A program made the position numbers and the translations under genes. The notes under the pieces were generated by a model. That model was not told the origin of the DNA. It saw nothing but the letters and a program-made list of their open reading frames with translations, and searched no databases. Shown here piece after piece: positions 1 to 11,686 of a DNA stretch of 64,000 bases. This DNA is from Nitrospirota bacterium (GTDB lineage: Bacteria > Nitrospinota_A > UBA7883 > JACRGQ01): positions 69,346 through 133,345 of the forward strand of contig JAJRYD010000004.1 in assembly GCA_024275955.1 (NCBI GenBank), read 5' to 3'. Each line of letters begins with the position of its first letter. The stretch's first letter is position 1.

Positions 1-984
1 AAAAGCAGTCTCTTTGACTCTCTAAATTCACTTGAGGGAACAGTCAGAGAAATTTCACAATCTGGAACATTGCCATGCACCGATCTGAAAAATGTCCGCA
101 GGCAGGTATCAAACCTCCTGAGCAGGACAAGTGATTGGAACGGGCTGACTGAAGTTCACGAAGGCGCGAAGATACTGACTAAACGGATGATTTTCCTTCT
201 GGACCAGCTTATCTCCCTTATACGGGAAATAGGGGCTTTAAACGAACCAAACTTTAAAAAAATAGCGTTCCACGATTTCCAAAAAGAGTACCGTCAAAAT
301 TACGAAAAAATTTACGAAGAACAGGCTTTAAAAAACGGTATTAGGCTGGAGTGGAACCTTGATGTCCAAGTGAATATACGGTTCGACAGCAACCACCTTA
401 CGCGGATATGGAACAACCTTATTTCAAACGCCATCAAGTACAGCCCCAACGGAGGAACCGTTTCGATAAAAAGCAGGATGATGGGAACTCTGCTGGAAAT
501 AGCGGTAAGCGACAACGGAATAGGTATACTCAAAGAAGATATTGTCAATGTTTTTAAATCCGGCTTTCGCTCCAGAAACGCGGAGGATAGCGGAATCCCC
601 GGGACAGGAACAGGGCTTGGATATGTCAGCTACATACTAGAAAGATGCGGTGGAACAATATCGCTGGAAAGCCCCGGACGCGATGGAGCAAGCAGTACAT
701 TCGCTCTTTGTTTACCGATTTATAAAAAAGATTCCAAAGAAACCACAAGCCGAAAAGGGCGAATACTAGTGCTTGGCCAAAACAACACCATGCGCGATAT
801 AGCGGAAAAGATTAGAATGATGTCAGGCAGAACCGTGGAGAGATTTGAAATCGTTAATATGGAAAACGAAGAACTTGCCGGTATCACGGAAACTATGAAA
901 AATTTTGGAACCTTGCTTTACAGAGGAAACAACGAAGACAAAATGGCAGTATGCAACTGGGACTGTTTCCAAAAGAGTTTTTAA
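1..984 (+). CDS. Sensor histidine kinase, C-terminal part (HATPase_c); 5' end lies outside the window; 3' end is interrupted by a MITE
   Basis: The frame is open from base 1. It has the N box NLISNAIKYS, G1 box VSDNGIGI and G2 box GTGTGLG. The last codons (959-984) derive from MITE-A copy 1. Confidence 0.85.
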   Translation, partial: KSSLFDSLNSLEGTVREISQSGTLPCTDLKNVRRQVSNLLSRTSDWNGLTEVHEGAKILTKRMIFLLDQLISLIREIGALNEPNFKKIAFHDFQKEYRQNYEKIYEEQALKNGIRLEWNLDVQVNIRFDSNHLTRIWNNLISNAIKYSPNGGTVSIKSRMMGTLLEIAVSDNGIGILKEDIVNVFKSGFRSRNAEDSGIPGTGTGLGYVSYILERCGGTISLESPGRDGASSTFALCLPIYKKDSKETTSRKGRILVLGQNNTMRDIAEKIRMMSGRTVERFEIVNMENEELAGITETMKNFGTLLYRGNNEDKMAVCNWDCFQKSF

Positions 985-1087
985 GCGTTTTAAAGGAGAA
1001 GTTCATTTTCTAACTTCGTAAAAACAGAGGCTTTAGAGATTGGCGATTAACAGCAAAATCAAATTTATGCCATTCGGCAACAGCCCT
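959..1087. mobile_element. MITE-A copy 1 (129 bp)
   Basis: Ends are GGGACTGTTTCCAAA...TTCGGCAACAGCCCT. A 5-bp duplication CAACT flanks it at 954-958 and 1088-1092. Confidence 0.9.
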
Positions 1088-1321
1088 CAACTGGCAAAAA
1101 AGCTAAAGGCTATCGTCGTTTGCGTAAACAAGCGGGACGAGGGAGGCGCTATAGTCGCGTCGGAAAAGGAGCTACACGATATTGCCGAGGATGCCTTCCA
1201 GATGAGCTTTGTGGCGGATATAATTCTTTCCGAACTTGACGAAATCTAAAAAACCGCTGGGCTTTGAAGGATGCAGTGGAATGCCCCCCCGCCTCCCAAC
1301 GGCCAAAAATCGTCCGCGTCC

Positions 1322-1810
1322 CTAGTGGGCTATGCCGGTTCGCATCATCGCGTTTTTGTAAAGGCTAGAAAGCTCCTTCAACGCCAAAGATAGGTTTGCC
1401 GGAAGGTCCTGAGGCACCTTTAGCGTAACGCCTGCCTTGCCGGAGACCCTCTTCCTTAAGCTCATAACCTCGTTATCCAAAATTATCGTTTCTATCATTC
1501 TACTTATCTCTACCTTCGCCTCTTTAGTAACCTGATGGTCAATATGCTCCCTTAACTGGTCTATATAGAAAAGCTCAACCTCCAGCTGGGTATCGGCTTT
1601 GATGGATGCCTTGTGAACCCTCTCCTTGCCCAACGCCGCAACTATACCTAGCACTTTGGGCCTATCGCCATTCCTTACTTCGATACTGCTTATCTTCTCC
1701 CCTCCAGAATATATCGACACCTTCCCGCTTTTGAGCCTATAAAAAAAATATGCCGGATTACCGCCCTCGCTTATAAGCCAATCACCGGCATTGAACCTCT
1801 TTACTTCCAT
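1322..1810 (-). CDS. Cyclic nucleotide-binding (cNMP/Crp-like) domain protein
   Basis: Pattern FNAGDWLISEG...FFYRLKSGKVSI...ASIKA is typical of cNMP-binding beta-barrels. No HTH is evident. Confidence 0.65.
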   Translation of the reverse strand: MEVKRFNAGDWLISEGGNPAYFFYRLKSGKVSIYSGGEKISSIEVRNGDRPKVLGIVAALGKERVHKASIKADTQLEVELFYIDQLREHIDHQVTKEAKVEISRMIETIILDNEVMSLRKRVSGKAGVTLKVPQDLPANLSLALKELSSLYKNAMMRTGIAH

Positions 1811-2037
1811 TACTAACTCCTCTTTAAAAATTTATCCTCTTTCAAACTAAAATTTCAGGACTATTCAGAGGCAAGACTGATGCCATAACTGCGAAACATA
1901 TAATGCATTAATTTTCAAATAGTTGTCTGTATATATTTATAGACCGCAATCTATCGCTGTATGAATTTATAGAAGAACTGAGGTGCATTGTTATGATTAA
2001 TAATACATACAGGTGGCTGTTTTCTGTCGGTAGCTTG

Positions 2038-2349
2038 TTATTTACGGGAAGATTCTTCGGCCCATTCCAGCAGCTTTTCAGGGTTGTCGATAATGTCCGG
2101 CGGCAGTTCAAAGTAGTTTTTCAACATCTGTTTTTCATTCGGCTTAAACGGTTTCATATTCTGCTCAAGATACCTCTTCCGGCTGTTTTTATCGGTCTTA
2201 AAATAGAGCCTACTTTTGTAGATAATGGCAAAAAACTTACCCCCGCGATAAACACCACAGCCTCCAAACATTTTGCGCGGTGTCACCCCGCCAAGCGGCC
2301 GCAAGCTGTCGGCTATATACTCCGCAAAAGTATCGTTACTCTTGGACAT
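2038..2349 (-). CDS. TfoX N-terminal domain protein
   Basis: RKMFGGCGVY...LYFK...NYFELP motif; 103 aa. Confidence 0.85.
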   Translation of the reverse strand: MSKSNDTFAEYIADSLRPLGGVTPRKMFGGCGVYRGGKFFAIIYKSRLYFKTDKNSRKRYLEQNMKPFKPNEKQMLKNYFELPPDIIDNPEKLLEWAEESSRK

Positions 2350-2361
2350 TTTCGTTCTCTG

Positions 2362-3948
2362 CTAAAACTTTTCCATATGATCAGGAAGGTCGTTTTCAAA
2401 AAGAACCACCGTTTTTTCATCGGCAAGCTCGTCTAAAAATTTTCTAGCCCCTGCAAGCGTATCAAACGTGGTTATCGACAGCTTTGCCATCTTCCCAGCG
2501 AGAAGGCCGTTCCTTAGAGAGGCTGTACGCCTTTCGTTTATCAAGAGAACATCGTCGCAATATTTTGCCGCGGTTCTGCCGAATTCGAAATTTATAGTAT
2601 CGTGGCTGTCGCCGATATCTACTATCCCCGGAGTAACCAGTATTTTTCTGTACCCCTCGAAATAGGAGAGCGTTTCCACCGCGACCGCCGCCCCATGTAT
2701 GTTGGAATTAAATCCATCGTTAATTATCAGATACGACCCCCTGTTTTCGATTATCTGTAGCCTGCTTTCCATCTGCGGCAAAGTGGCGGCGGCTGACCTA
2801 AGCTTTTCTGGAGATATGCCGACAGCAGTGCCAACCACGAACGCCGCTGTTACATTTATCACATTAAGCTTTCCGAGAAGTTTTATCCTTATATTCTTAA
2901 TCTCTCCATCAGGCGTTGCTAGGTCAAAAAAAGAGCCGTCTTTAGAACACTCTATATTTTTTGGAGTGTAGTCGGCCCCTTCGTTAAAGCCGTAGGTAAT
3001 CGTTTTTTGCGTTCTTCCTTTAGCTATCTCTCTAGCGGCATCGTAATCGCTGTTGTAAATAAGCAGTCCGTCGTCCGGCAACGCATCGGCAAGTTCAAAC
3101 TTGGTCTTGGCCACGTTCTCTACCGTTTTGAATGTTTCGAGATGCGCTTCGCCGGTAGCTGTTATTACCGCTATCGAAGGGTGAGCTATACCGCAAAGCT
3201 CTTTTATATCGCCTCTTCTTGTCGCGCCCATCTCTGTTACAAAAAGTTCGTGGTATGGTTCCATCTTTTCATTAACCACCTTACAAAGCCCCATCGGCGT
3301 GTTGTAACTGCCGGGGGTTTTAAGAAGAGGAAAAGCTGTTTCTAAAATATGCGCCACAGCTTCCTTGGTGCCGGTTTTGCCGTAACTGCCGGTAACGGCA
3401 ATCACCTTTTTTCCGGCAAGCTTCGCGGACGCGCTCTTTGTAAAGCCTCTTTGCAAAAACCTTTCAACAGGAGTAGAAACAAGGTTCGCAAGAGCTATAA
3501 AAAAAGGCTGGATATAGGCAAAAAGCACTATAAACGAAACGACTGCCCTGCCGTTGCCGACAAGAGTAAAGCTTAACGCCTCTATTATAAAAAGAATAAC
3601 AAACAGACGTTTAACGCGGGAAGTGATGACGAAAGCTTTCTTAAGGTTTCTCTTGCCACTATTGTTAATAATCCAGTAAACAGGAACAGCTACAAGGAAG
3701 CTTTGTTCAAGCCCTGCGCGGTGCGCTGAAAAATAGATACTTATAGCTATCACTATCGAGAATATATGCAAAGGCTTGTCGTATCTCCCTGGGCTGAATA
3801 TCTTTATCCCTCCGCCGTCCAAAACCCATTTGAGGTAAGAGTCTGTATGGTAATGCTCCATCTGAAGCAGATGCGTAAACCTAGCTATAATTATTATGGA
3901 AAAGAAAACCCACCCTGCAAGCAGAGCATAAAAAAGCAGTACCGTCAT
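2362..3948 (-). CDS. MurF-like Mur ligase with N-terminal transmembrane helices
   Basis: P-loop VTGSYGKT, SYNTPMG, EMGA, INDGFNSN and C-terminal LFENDLPD; hydrophobic N-terminal ~160 aa. Confidence 0.8.
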   Translation of the reverse strand: MTVLLFYALLAGWVFFSIIIIARFTHLLQMEHYHTDSYLKWVLDGGGIKIFSPGRYDKPLHIFSIVIAISIYFSAHRAGLEQSFLVAVPVYWIINNSGKRNLKKAFVITSRVKRLFVILFIIEALSFTLVGNGRAVVSFIVLFAYIQPFFIALANLVSTPVERFLQRGFTKSASAKLAGKKVIAVTGSYGKTGTKEAVAHILETAFPLLKTPGSYNTPMGLCKVVNEKMEPYHELFVTEMGATRRGDIKELCGIAHPSIAVITATGEAHLETFKTVENVAKTKFELADALPDDGLLIYNSDYDAAREIAKGRTQKTITYGFNEGADYTPKNIECSKDGSFFDLATPDGEIKNIRIKLLGKLNVINVTAAFVVGTAVGISPEKLRSAAATLPQMESRLQIIENRGSYLIINDGFNSNIHGAAVAVETLSYFEGYRKILVTPGIVDIGDSHDTINFEFGRTAAKYCDDVLLINERRTASLRNGLLAGKMAKLSITTFDTLAGARKFLDELADEKTVVLFENDLPDHMEKF

Positions 3949-4703
3949 TTTTTAGTACCAAAAAAACGGTCGGCCATACTGATAAACTGTTCCGGCTTTT
4001 CGGCAAAAGCGTAATGTCCGGCAGAAGGTATCGTTTCGAGCTTAGAATTTGGGAGTAGGCTGTGCATTTTCCTTCCGTCCTCAAGCGGCGTGGCAGAGTC
4101 GTCTTCTCCCCATATAAGGAGCGTCTCATTTTTCACGGCGGGGTAAAGGCTCTCTATATTCTCATTTACCACTTTTACAAGAACAGAGCGCATAGAGCCG
4201 GCAGAAAGATAGTCCGCTGAGCCGATAACAGAGTAGAGCGCGTCCTTTACCCACTTTCCGGGAGGGCCGAACAGGCCGGCAACTTTACCTACTTTCGAGA
4301 TTATCGTCTTGTAAAGCGGTATGGAAGATTTTCTTTTAATTCCTGCCGCTCCTGTTAAAAGAAGCTTCCCCGCTTTTGTGCCATCGCCGGCAACAGCGAG
4401 CTTTACGGCAACCCGCGCGCCGAATGAATGGGCGATAATATCGGTTCTTTTCCATCCCCATTCGCTTAAAAAGGCTAAAACCATCTCCGTATACTCATCC
4501 GTACCCCATACCGCCGGTGGCGGTTCGGAAAGCCCGAAGCCCGGAAAGTCCAAAACTTTCACGCACCTTCCATGTTTGGCAAAGTGGATAAAAAGAGATT
4601 TCATCGTTTCGCTGGAGGCGCCCCACCCGTGAAGAATTAACAGAGGTTCGCCTGTTCCAGCTTCCTGATAATATACTTTCGACCTGTTGAACATAGCGTA
4701 CAT
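3945..4703 (-). CDS. Alpha/beta-fold hydrolase
   Basis: LHGWG, DFPGFG, nucleophile elbow AHSFG, WGEDD, GHYAF; overlaps the murF-like start. Confidence 0.9.
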   Translation of the reverse strand: MYAMFNRSKVYYQEAGTGEPLLILHGWGASSETMKSLFIHFAKHGRCVKVLDFPGFGLSEPPPAVWGTDEYTEMVLAFLSEWGWKRTDIIAHSFGARVAVKLAVAGDGTKAGKLLLTGAAGIKRKSSIPLYKTIISKVGKVAGLFGPPGKWVKDALYSVIGSADYLSAGSMRSVLVKVVNENIESLYPAVKNETLLIWGEDDSATPLEDGRKMHSLLPNSKLETIPSAGHYAFAEKPEQFISMADRFFGTKK

Positions 4704-4748
4704 CTGCCTACTTTAAGAGGGACTGCCCTCTCTTACAAGAGCTTTCCT

Positions 4749-5558
4749 CTAGTGAAGCGCGGGCGAGATATATGAAAAGATAAGCCCGAAAGAAACGGCA
4801 AGCAGAACCTCCATCCAGCCAAGCACCCGAATACCGGAAGGAGGAGCGATATAAAAAACAGTGCTCGCCAGAAGGCTCGGCAGAAAAAGCGTCATCAACA
4901 CCTTCTTAAGGCTGAAAAGAGTAAGAAGCATCGAAGCGCCGAATATCGCCGTAATCGCTATAAAAATATTTATTTTAAAAACGAGTCTCATAGCCTCTGT
5001 GGTTCGCGGTTCGCCGGAAAACCAGTCGATACCTTTTACAGAGTTCCTTGCCTGTAGGTTCCTGTCGAGAAGAAAGAGAGCGGTAAGCGACCATACGCCA
5101 AGAGATATTTGCGAAAATTCGCCGGTAACAGAAAACCATGCCAGAGGGCAAAGGAGCGAGAGCGCCATTATCCCGCCGAACTCAAAAGCAAAGCTTCTAT
5201 GAAAACCGGCATGCGAAGCACGCACGCCTATATAGAAAAGCGGAGAAAAGAGGATATAGACAAACAGCATCCTTATGTCATAAAAAAAGGAGTAGGCTGT
5301 AAAAAAAAGCGCCGGCAGCGAATAGATAACGCACCAAGCGGTTACATTTTTCGGCTGTTCCAGCTTCCGCTTGGAATTTTTGTAGATAATCCTTACCGGA
5401 GTAAACGTCAAAAACCAGAAGAACACGGCAAAAAAGAACGGGATGAACCCATGCATGTCGCCGCGCACAGTACTGCCGCCAACCGCGAGCGGAAGCAGAA
5501 CCCAAGCCCACATCCCATGTTCCTTCGGCATAATCGGTTTTATATTTTTCATTGCCAA
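4749..5558 (-). CDS. YwiC-like integral membrane protein
   Basis: N-terminal PKEHGMW and C-terminal LGWME motifs; multiple TM segments. Confidence 0.7.
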   Translation of the reverse strand: MAMKNIKPIMPKEHGMWAWVLLPLAVGGSTVRGDMHGFIPFFFAVFFWFLTFTPVRIIYKNSKRKLEQPKNVTAWCVIYSLPALFFTAYSFFYDIRMLFVYILFSPLFYIGVRASHAGFHRSFAFEFGGIMALSLLCPLAWFSVTGEFSQISLGVWSLTALFLLDRNLQARNSVKGIDWFSGEPRTTEAMRLVFKINIFIAITAIFGASMLLTLFSLKKVLMTLFLPSLLASTVFYIAPPSGIRVLGWMEVLLAVSFGLIFSYISPALH

Positions 5559-5574
5559 AGATTCTACCCTACTT

Positions 5575-6660
5575 TCAGCCGAAATAAAGCTCTCTTGCTA
5601 GAGGTTCCAGCCGAGAGAAAACCTCCTCCTCGCTTTTAGCTTTTGAATAGAGAGAGAGTATAGGCTCCCCTTTTTTTATAAAGCTCCCTTCATGCGGTAT
5701 ATCTCTCGCTCCGTTATCGAACCATTTTTGAGGATTTCTAAAAATTAAATTTCTCTTTGCGTAACATACTACAGTGCCTCTTACAGCGACGGAACAGCTA
5801 GGCGGCACGGCGGGAACAATACCTGCAAGCGCGTCTCTTTGCATGCCGACAACATCAATTTTATGTTCTAAAGCTATAAGCTCTAGCGATGCCGTGAAAC
5901 GGGGGTTGATTTCAAGCAACCAGATGCTCTTGCCGTCAAAGATAAAATCTGCCCCCCATATACCGGCTATGCCGCTTTCTTTAAAAACTTTTTGCCCAAA
6001 CCGAATAAGTTTCTCCTCTATACTGCTGTCAACGACAAAAGGATAGATAAGACCACCGTAAAGAAAACCTTGTTGATTAAATCTTTTATCGCCTGTCAAC
6101 TGTCTTGTTATCCCAAGCAAAACAGCCTGCCCAGCACCAGAAACAAAGACAGCTCCAAGAGCTATCCCTTTTAGAAATTTTTGGGGATATTCACGGCCAG
6201 ATACTTTTCCGTCGTATTTCCTTATCATCGTTCCGCCGGCGCTCGCCGTGTTCTTGATAAGCCAGCTCCCATCGCCGTCAAAAACCGTGCTTGGGAAAAG
6301 CATCTCCTTCGATGACAGCTTTTTTAAAAAATTGATATCTCTACAGGTGACGACCGACCGCGTAGAAGCGTTCAAAACCTCACAGCTACCAGAAGCGTCT
6401 TTAATAATCTCCGGCTTTGCCTCGATAGGCCCGCCGAAAATAATCTGCCCGCCGTCAAACAACCGGAAGCTCTCAAGCATATTGCAAAAGGAACCGCCGT
6501 CCGGCTTGCCGTCGCCTAAAACCGTACCGAACCTGCCGGCATCCCAATCGTTAAATCCATCAATAGCTTTTACCGAATAGCCGTTATCGTAGGCATTTTC
6601 CATAAAAGGCCTCACGCGGCAACCTATAAAATTTATATTCTTCTTCATAGTTCCATTCAT
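5575..6660 (-). CDS. ATP-grasp domain protein (COG2232-like carboligase)
   Basis: DGFNDWD, SAGG, WGADF...LLEINPRF, DIP...GEPI motifs. Confidence 0.75.
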   Translation of the reverse strand: MNGTMKKNINFIGCRVRPFMENAYDNGYSVKAIDGFNDWDAGRFGTVLGDGKPDGGSFCNMLESFRLFDGGQIIFGGPIEAKPEIIKDASGSCEVLNASTRSVVTCRDINFLKKLSSKEMLFPSTVFDGDGSWLIKNTASAGGTMIRKYDGKVSGREYPQKFLKGIALGAVFVSGAGQAVLLGITRQLTGDKRFNQQGFLYGGLIYPFVVDSSIEEKLIRFGQKVFKESGIAGIWGADFIFDGKSIWLLEINPRFTASLELIALEHKIDVVGMQRDALAGIVPAVPPSCSVAVRGTVVCYAKRNLIFRNPQKWFDNGARDIPHEGSFIKKGEPILSLYSKAKSEEEVFSRLEPLARELYFG

Positions 6661-6719
6661 GCTATCCCGGCAGTGCCGGTTCTGCTATAATACCGGCTTT
6701 AAATTAAGGAAACAGGTGA

Positions 6720-9022
<2,303 letters not shown>

Positions 9023-9134
9023 TATTTTACCTGCCTGACCAAGCGGAGCCAAAGCTTCAGACGATAAACAAAGGAACATTCGAAACTGCATCTTCCCTCC
9101 ACCTCAATGGTCGATTTAGGTGTAGAATCAAGCA

Positions 9135-9827
9135 ATGGAGAATAGGCAAGCGGTGCTGGATGCCAGTGATATAAAAAAGAGCTTTATGCTTGAGGAGAGG
9201 AAGATAGATGTTCTTGGCGGAATTAGCTTTTCCGCGAAAGCGGGAGAAATTACCGGAATTATCGGAGCTTCAGGGACAGGCAAATCGACCCTGCTTCATG
9301 TTCTAGGCGGGCTAGATAAGCCGGATAGCGGCAAAGTTCTTATCGACGGAGATAACTTTTTTGAGCTTAGCGACGAAACCCGCTCTGCCATAAGAGGCAG
9401 AAAAATAGGATTTGTTTTTCAGTTCCACCATCTTCTTCCCGAATTCAGCGCGAAAGAGAACGTCCTGCTTCCAACGATGATAGCGGGATCCGACCCTAAA
9501 AAATCTGACGAAAAAGCGGAGACGCTTTTTGAAATGGTAGGCCTCTCCGAAAGAGGCACGCACAGACCGGGCAAACTCTCCGGCGGAGAACAGCAAAGAA
9601 CCGCCATAGTACGCGCGTTGATAAATAGCCCTATGGTACTGCTAGCCGATGAGCCGACAGGAAATCTGGACGAAAAAAGCGCGGAAGATGTTTTTGCCCT
9701 TATAAAAGAGATTACAAAAAAAGAGAGCCTAGCCACAGTGATAGTAACTCACAACCTTAAACTGGCTAAACAGATGGATATGGTATACGAGCTTCATGCA
9801 GGTCTGCTAGAAAAAAAGGAACCTTAA
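9135..9827 (+). CDS. lolD: Lipoprotein-releasing ABC transporter ATP-binding protein
   Basis: GASGTGKST, FVFQFHHLLPEF, LSGGEQQR, ADEPTGNLD. Confidence 0.85.
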   Translation: MENRQAVLDASDIKKSFMLEERKIDVLGGISFSAKAGEITGIIGASGTGKSTLLHVLGGLDKPDSGKVLIDGDNFFELSDETRSAIRGRKIGFVFQFHHLLPEFSAKENVLLPTMIAGSDPKKSDEKAETLFEMVGLSERGTHRPGKLSGGEQQRTAIVRALINSPMVLLADEPTGNLDEKSAEDVFALIKEITKKESLATVIVTHNLKLAKQMDMVYELHAGLLEKKEP

Positions 9828-10135
9828 TGACAATAGAAGATAAATCTGGACTGCCGGATAAAACAGCAGAAACAGATACGATCCTGATACCCCAATACAA
9901 GATTATCCTGCACAACGACGACGTAACGCCGATGGATTTTGTGGTGATGGTGCTTACGCGGTTTTTTGTCTCCGACGGGGGAAAAGCAAAGGAGATAATG
10001 AGAACAGCCCACCAAGACGGAACAGCTATAGTCGATACCATGCCTTTAGAGAGAGCCGAGTTCAAAGTAGAAAGGGCGCATCAGTTTTCTAGGGCAAACA
10101 GCTTTCCGCTTACGTTTAGCATAGAGCCTGTCTAG
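9827..10135 (+). CDS. clpS: ATP-dependent Clp protease adaptor
   Basis: YKIILHNDDVTPMDFV...FPL motif; TAATG overlap with lolD. Confidence 0.93.
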   Translation: MTIEDKSGLPDKTAETDTILIPQYKIILHNDDVTPMDFVVMVLTRFFVSDGGKAKEIMRTAHQDGTAIVDTMPLERAEFKVERAHQFSRANSFPLTFSIEPV

Positions 10136-10474
10136 AAAAACCGCCAACCAGCTGATTATTGCCGTAAGCGAGCAATAAAACTTTTTAAGAGAAGCGGTAT
10201 TCGCACCGCCGATATCTGCAAACTAAAAAACCGGCCTCTGTTATCCTCTTATGTTTTGCTTTGCCCTGCTATCTCCGCGTTACCGGCAATCTTAGTTCCA
10301 TTGCCGTCAATCTTTTAGGTAACGGAACAAAATAACTGCCCGCACACTATACCTAAGTAGCTCTGCCTGCGCAAAACAGCCGGTTTGGAAAATATTTGAC
10401 ATCGAAACAAGAACAGCCGCCGTTAAAACCGGCCCTGCCCTTAAGCTCTTATCAATGGTTCGTATTTTTTGTTG

Positions 10475-11266
10475 CTAATCGTTTCCGATAACATCGGGGC
10501 TGGACTTGGCGAGCCACTGGAGCATGCTGTTCAGCGCTTTTTCTACCTTCAAGTCTACCGTTTTGGCGCCGAACCAGATTCCCATAAGACAGGTTCTGGA
10601 AGTAGGCTGGAACGAGTTTTCCAGCTCAAGCCTAGTAACAAGGCCAAGCAGATTGGTAACGGTAAAAATCTGCGCTGTATCTTGGCCGGCGCTTTCATCG
10701 CTTATTTCGATAGCAAGTTCAAAAAGCCTGCATAGCTGAAGGTCTGGATTATATTCAATTCTTACAAGAGCGCCGAGGCGCGAAAGATTCACCAGCTTGC
10801 CGTGGAAAATTTTTCCACCAACTTTAAGAGCAAGGTTGTGTTCTGGAAAGTGATAATAGCGTTCGTTCTCTCTTCTCGTAGCGTTAGACCATACCTGCCT
10901 TATCTTCTCTTGGAGTTCTATAGCGGTAAATGGTTTTACCACATAGTTAGAAACACCGTTTTGTATAGCGGTGATGATGAAATCTTTCTCGCCGTGGCTC
11001 GACATCATAAGGAACGGAACCTTGTTCCACTCCGGGTGTTCCTTGCTGTTGCGGATTTCATAAAGAAATTCCTCGCCGCTCATCACCGGCATCTCCCAGT
11101 CGGATATGATTATATCTATCTTTTCTCTGGCCATTACCTCCAGCGCCTCTTTGCCGTCGGCGGCCTCGAAGATTTTCTTCGCCCCAAGACGGGAGTTGAT
11201 AGCTTGCCTTGTTAATAATCTGACAGTTTTTATATCGTCAACTATCAAAAAATTTATATCAATCAA
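10475..11266 (-). CDS. Response regulator: CheY-like receiver plus PilZ domain
   Basis: Receiver motifs IVDD, ISDWEMP and VKPF; PilZ motifs RRENER (RxxxR) and NLSRLG. Confidence 0.85.
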   Translation of the reverse strand: MIDINFLIVDDIKTVRLLTRQAINSRLGAKKIFEAADGKEALEVMAREKIDIIISDWEMPVMSGEEFLYEIRNSKEHPEWNKVPFLMMSSHGEKDFIITAIQNGVSNYVVKPFTAIELQEKIRQVWSNATRRENERYYHFPEHNLALKVGGKIFHGKLVNLSRLGALVRIEYNPDLQLCRLFELAIEISDESAGQDTAQIFTVTNLLGLVTRLELENSFQPTSRTCLMGIWFGAKTVDLKVEKALNSMLQWLAKSSPDVIGND

Positions 11267-11353
11267 TGTACTCCCTCAGCAAAAGTGGCATGACGAACCC
11301 CTCTGCGGCATTCTAACCTAATTAGAGTGTAAATTAAAGGTTACAAAAAAAGC

Positions 11354-11529
11354 GGCAATGTATCAGTTTGAAAATTACAGTCATTATTATTCTCCTCCCC
11401 TCGCGAAGCTAGAGGTGAGAGTGTCCCCCGCGAGTGCGGGACGGAGGGGCTACCTTAAGGGGTACCGCCCCTCAGCCTCCTCCTTTCTCAAAGGAGGGGA
11501 ACCACTGAAATTTAAACTGACACACTACC
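11354..11529. mobile_element. MITE-B copy 1 (176 bp)
   Basis: Imperfect terminal IRs GGCAATGTATCAGTTTGAA / TTTAAACTGACACACTACC. An 8-bp duplication AAAAAAGC lies at 11346-11353 and 11530-11537. Homologous to 39603-39775. Confidence 0.8.
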
Positions 11530-11686
11530 AAAAAAGCTGGCACGGCACTTTTAGAAGATTTAACAAAACTATAAAGCTATCTTCCCAAAACAGACCGCGA
11601 TTAAAGAGAGTATAGAGCCTAGCTGGTTTAGCGGTTTTTCCGGTTCAACAAAGTTTGCGCCTGACCAGAAAGCGATGAAGCGGTTC

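Noticed and set aside
1040..1249. 69-aa ORF as an independent gene
   Set aside because: Its TTG start and first 16 codons lie inside MITE-A. It is better explained as a disrupted tail.
1885..1920. dif-like sequence (CATATAATGCATTAATTTTCAAAT)
   Set aside because: The XerD arm differs from TTATGTTAAAT at too many positions.
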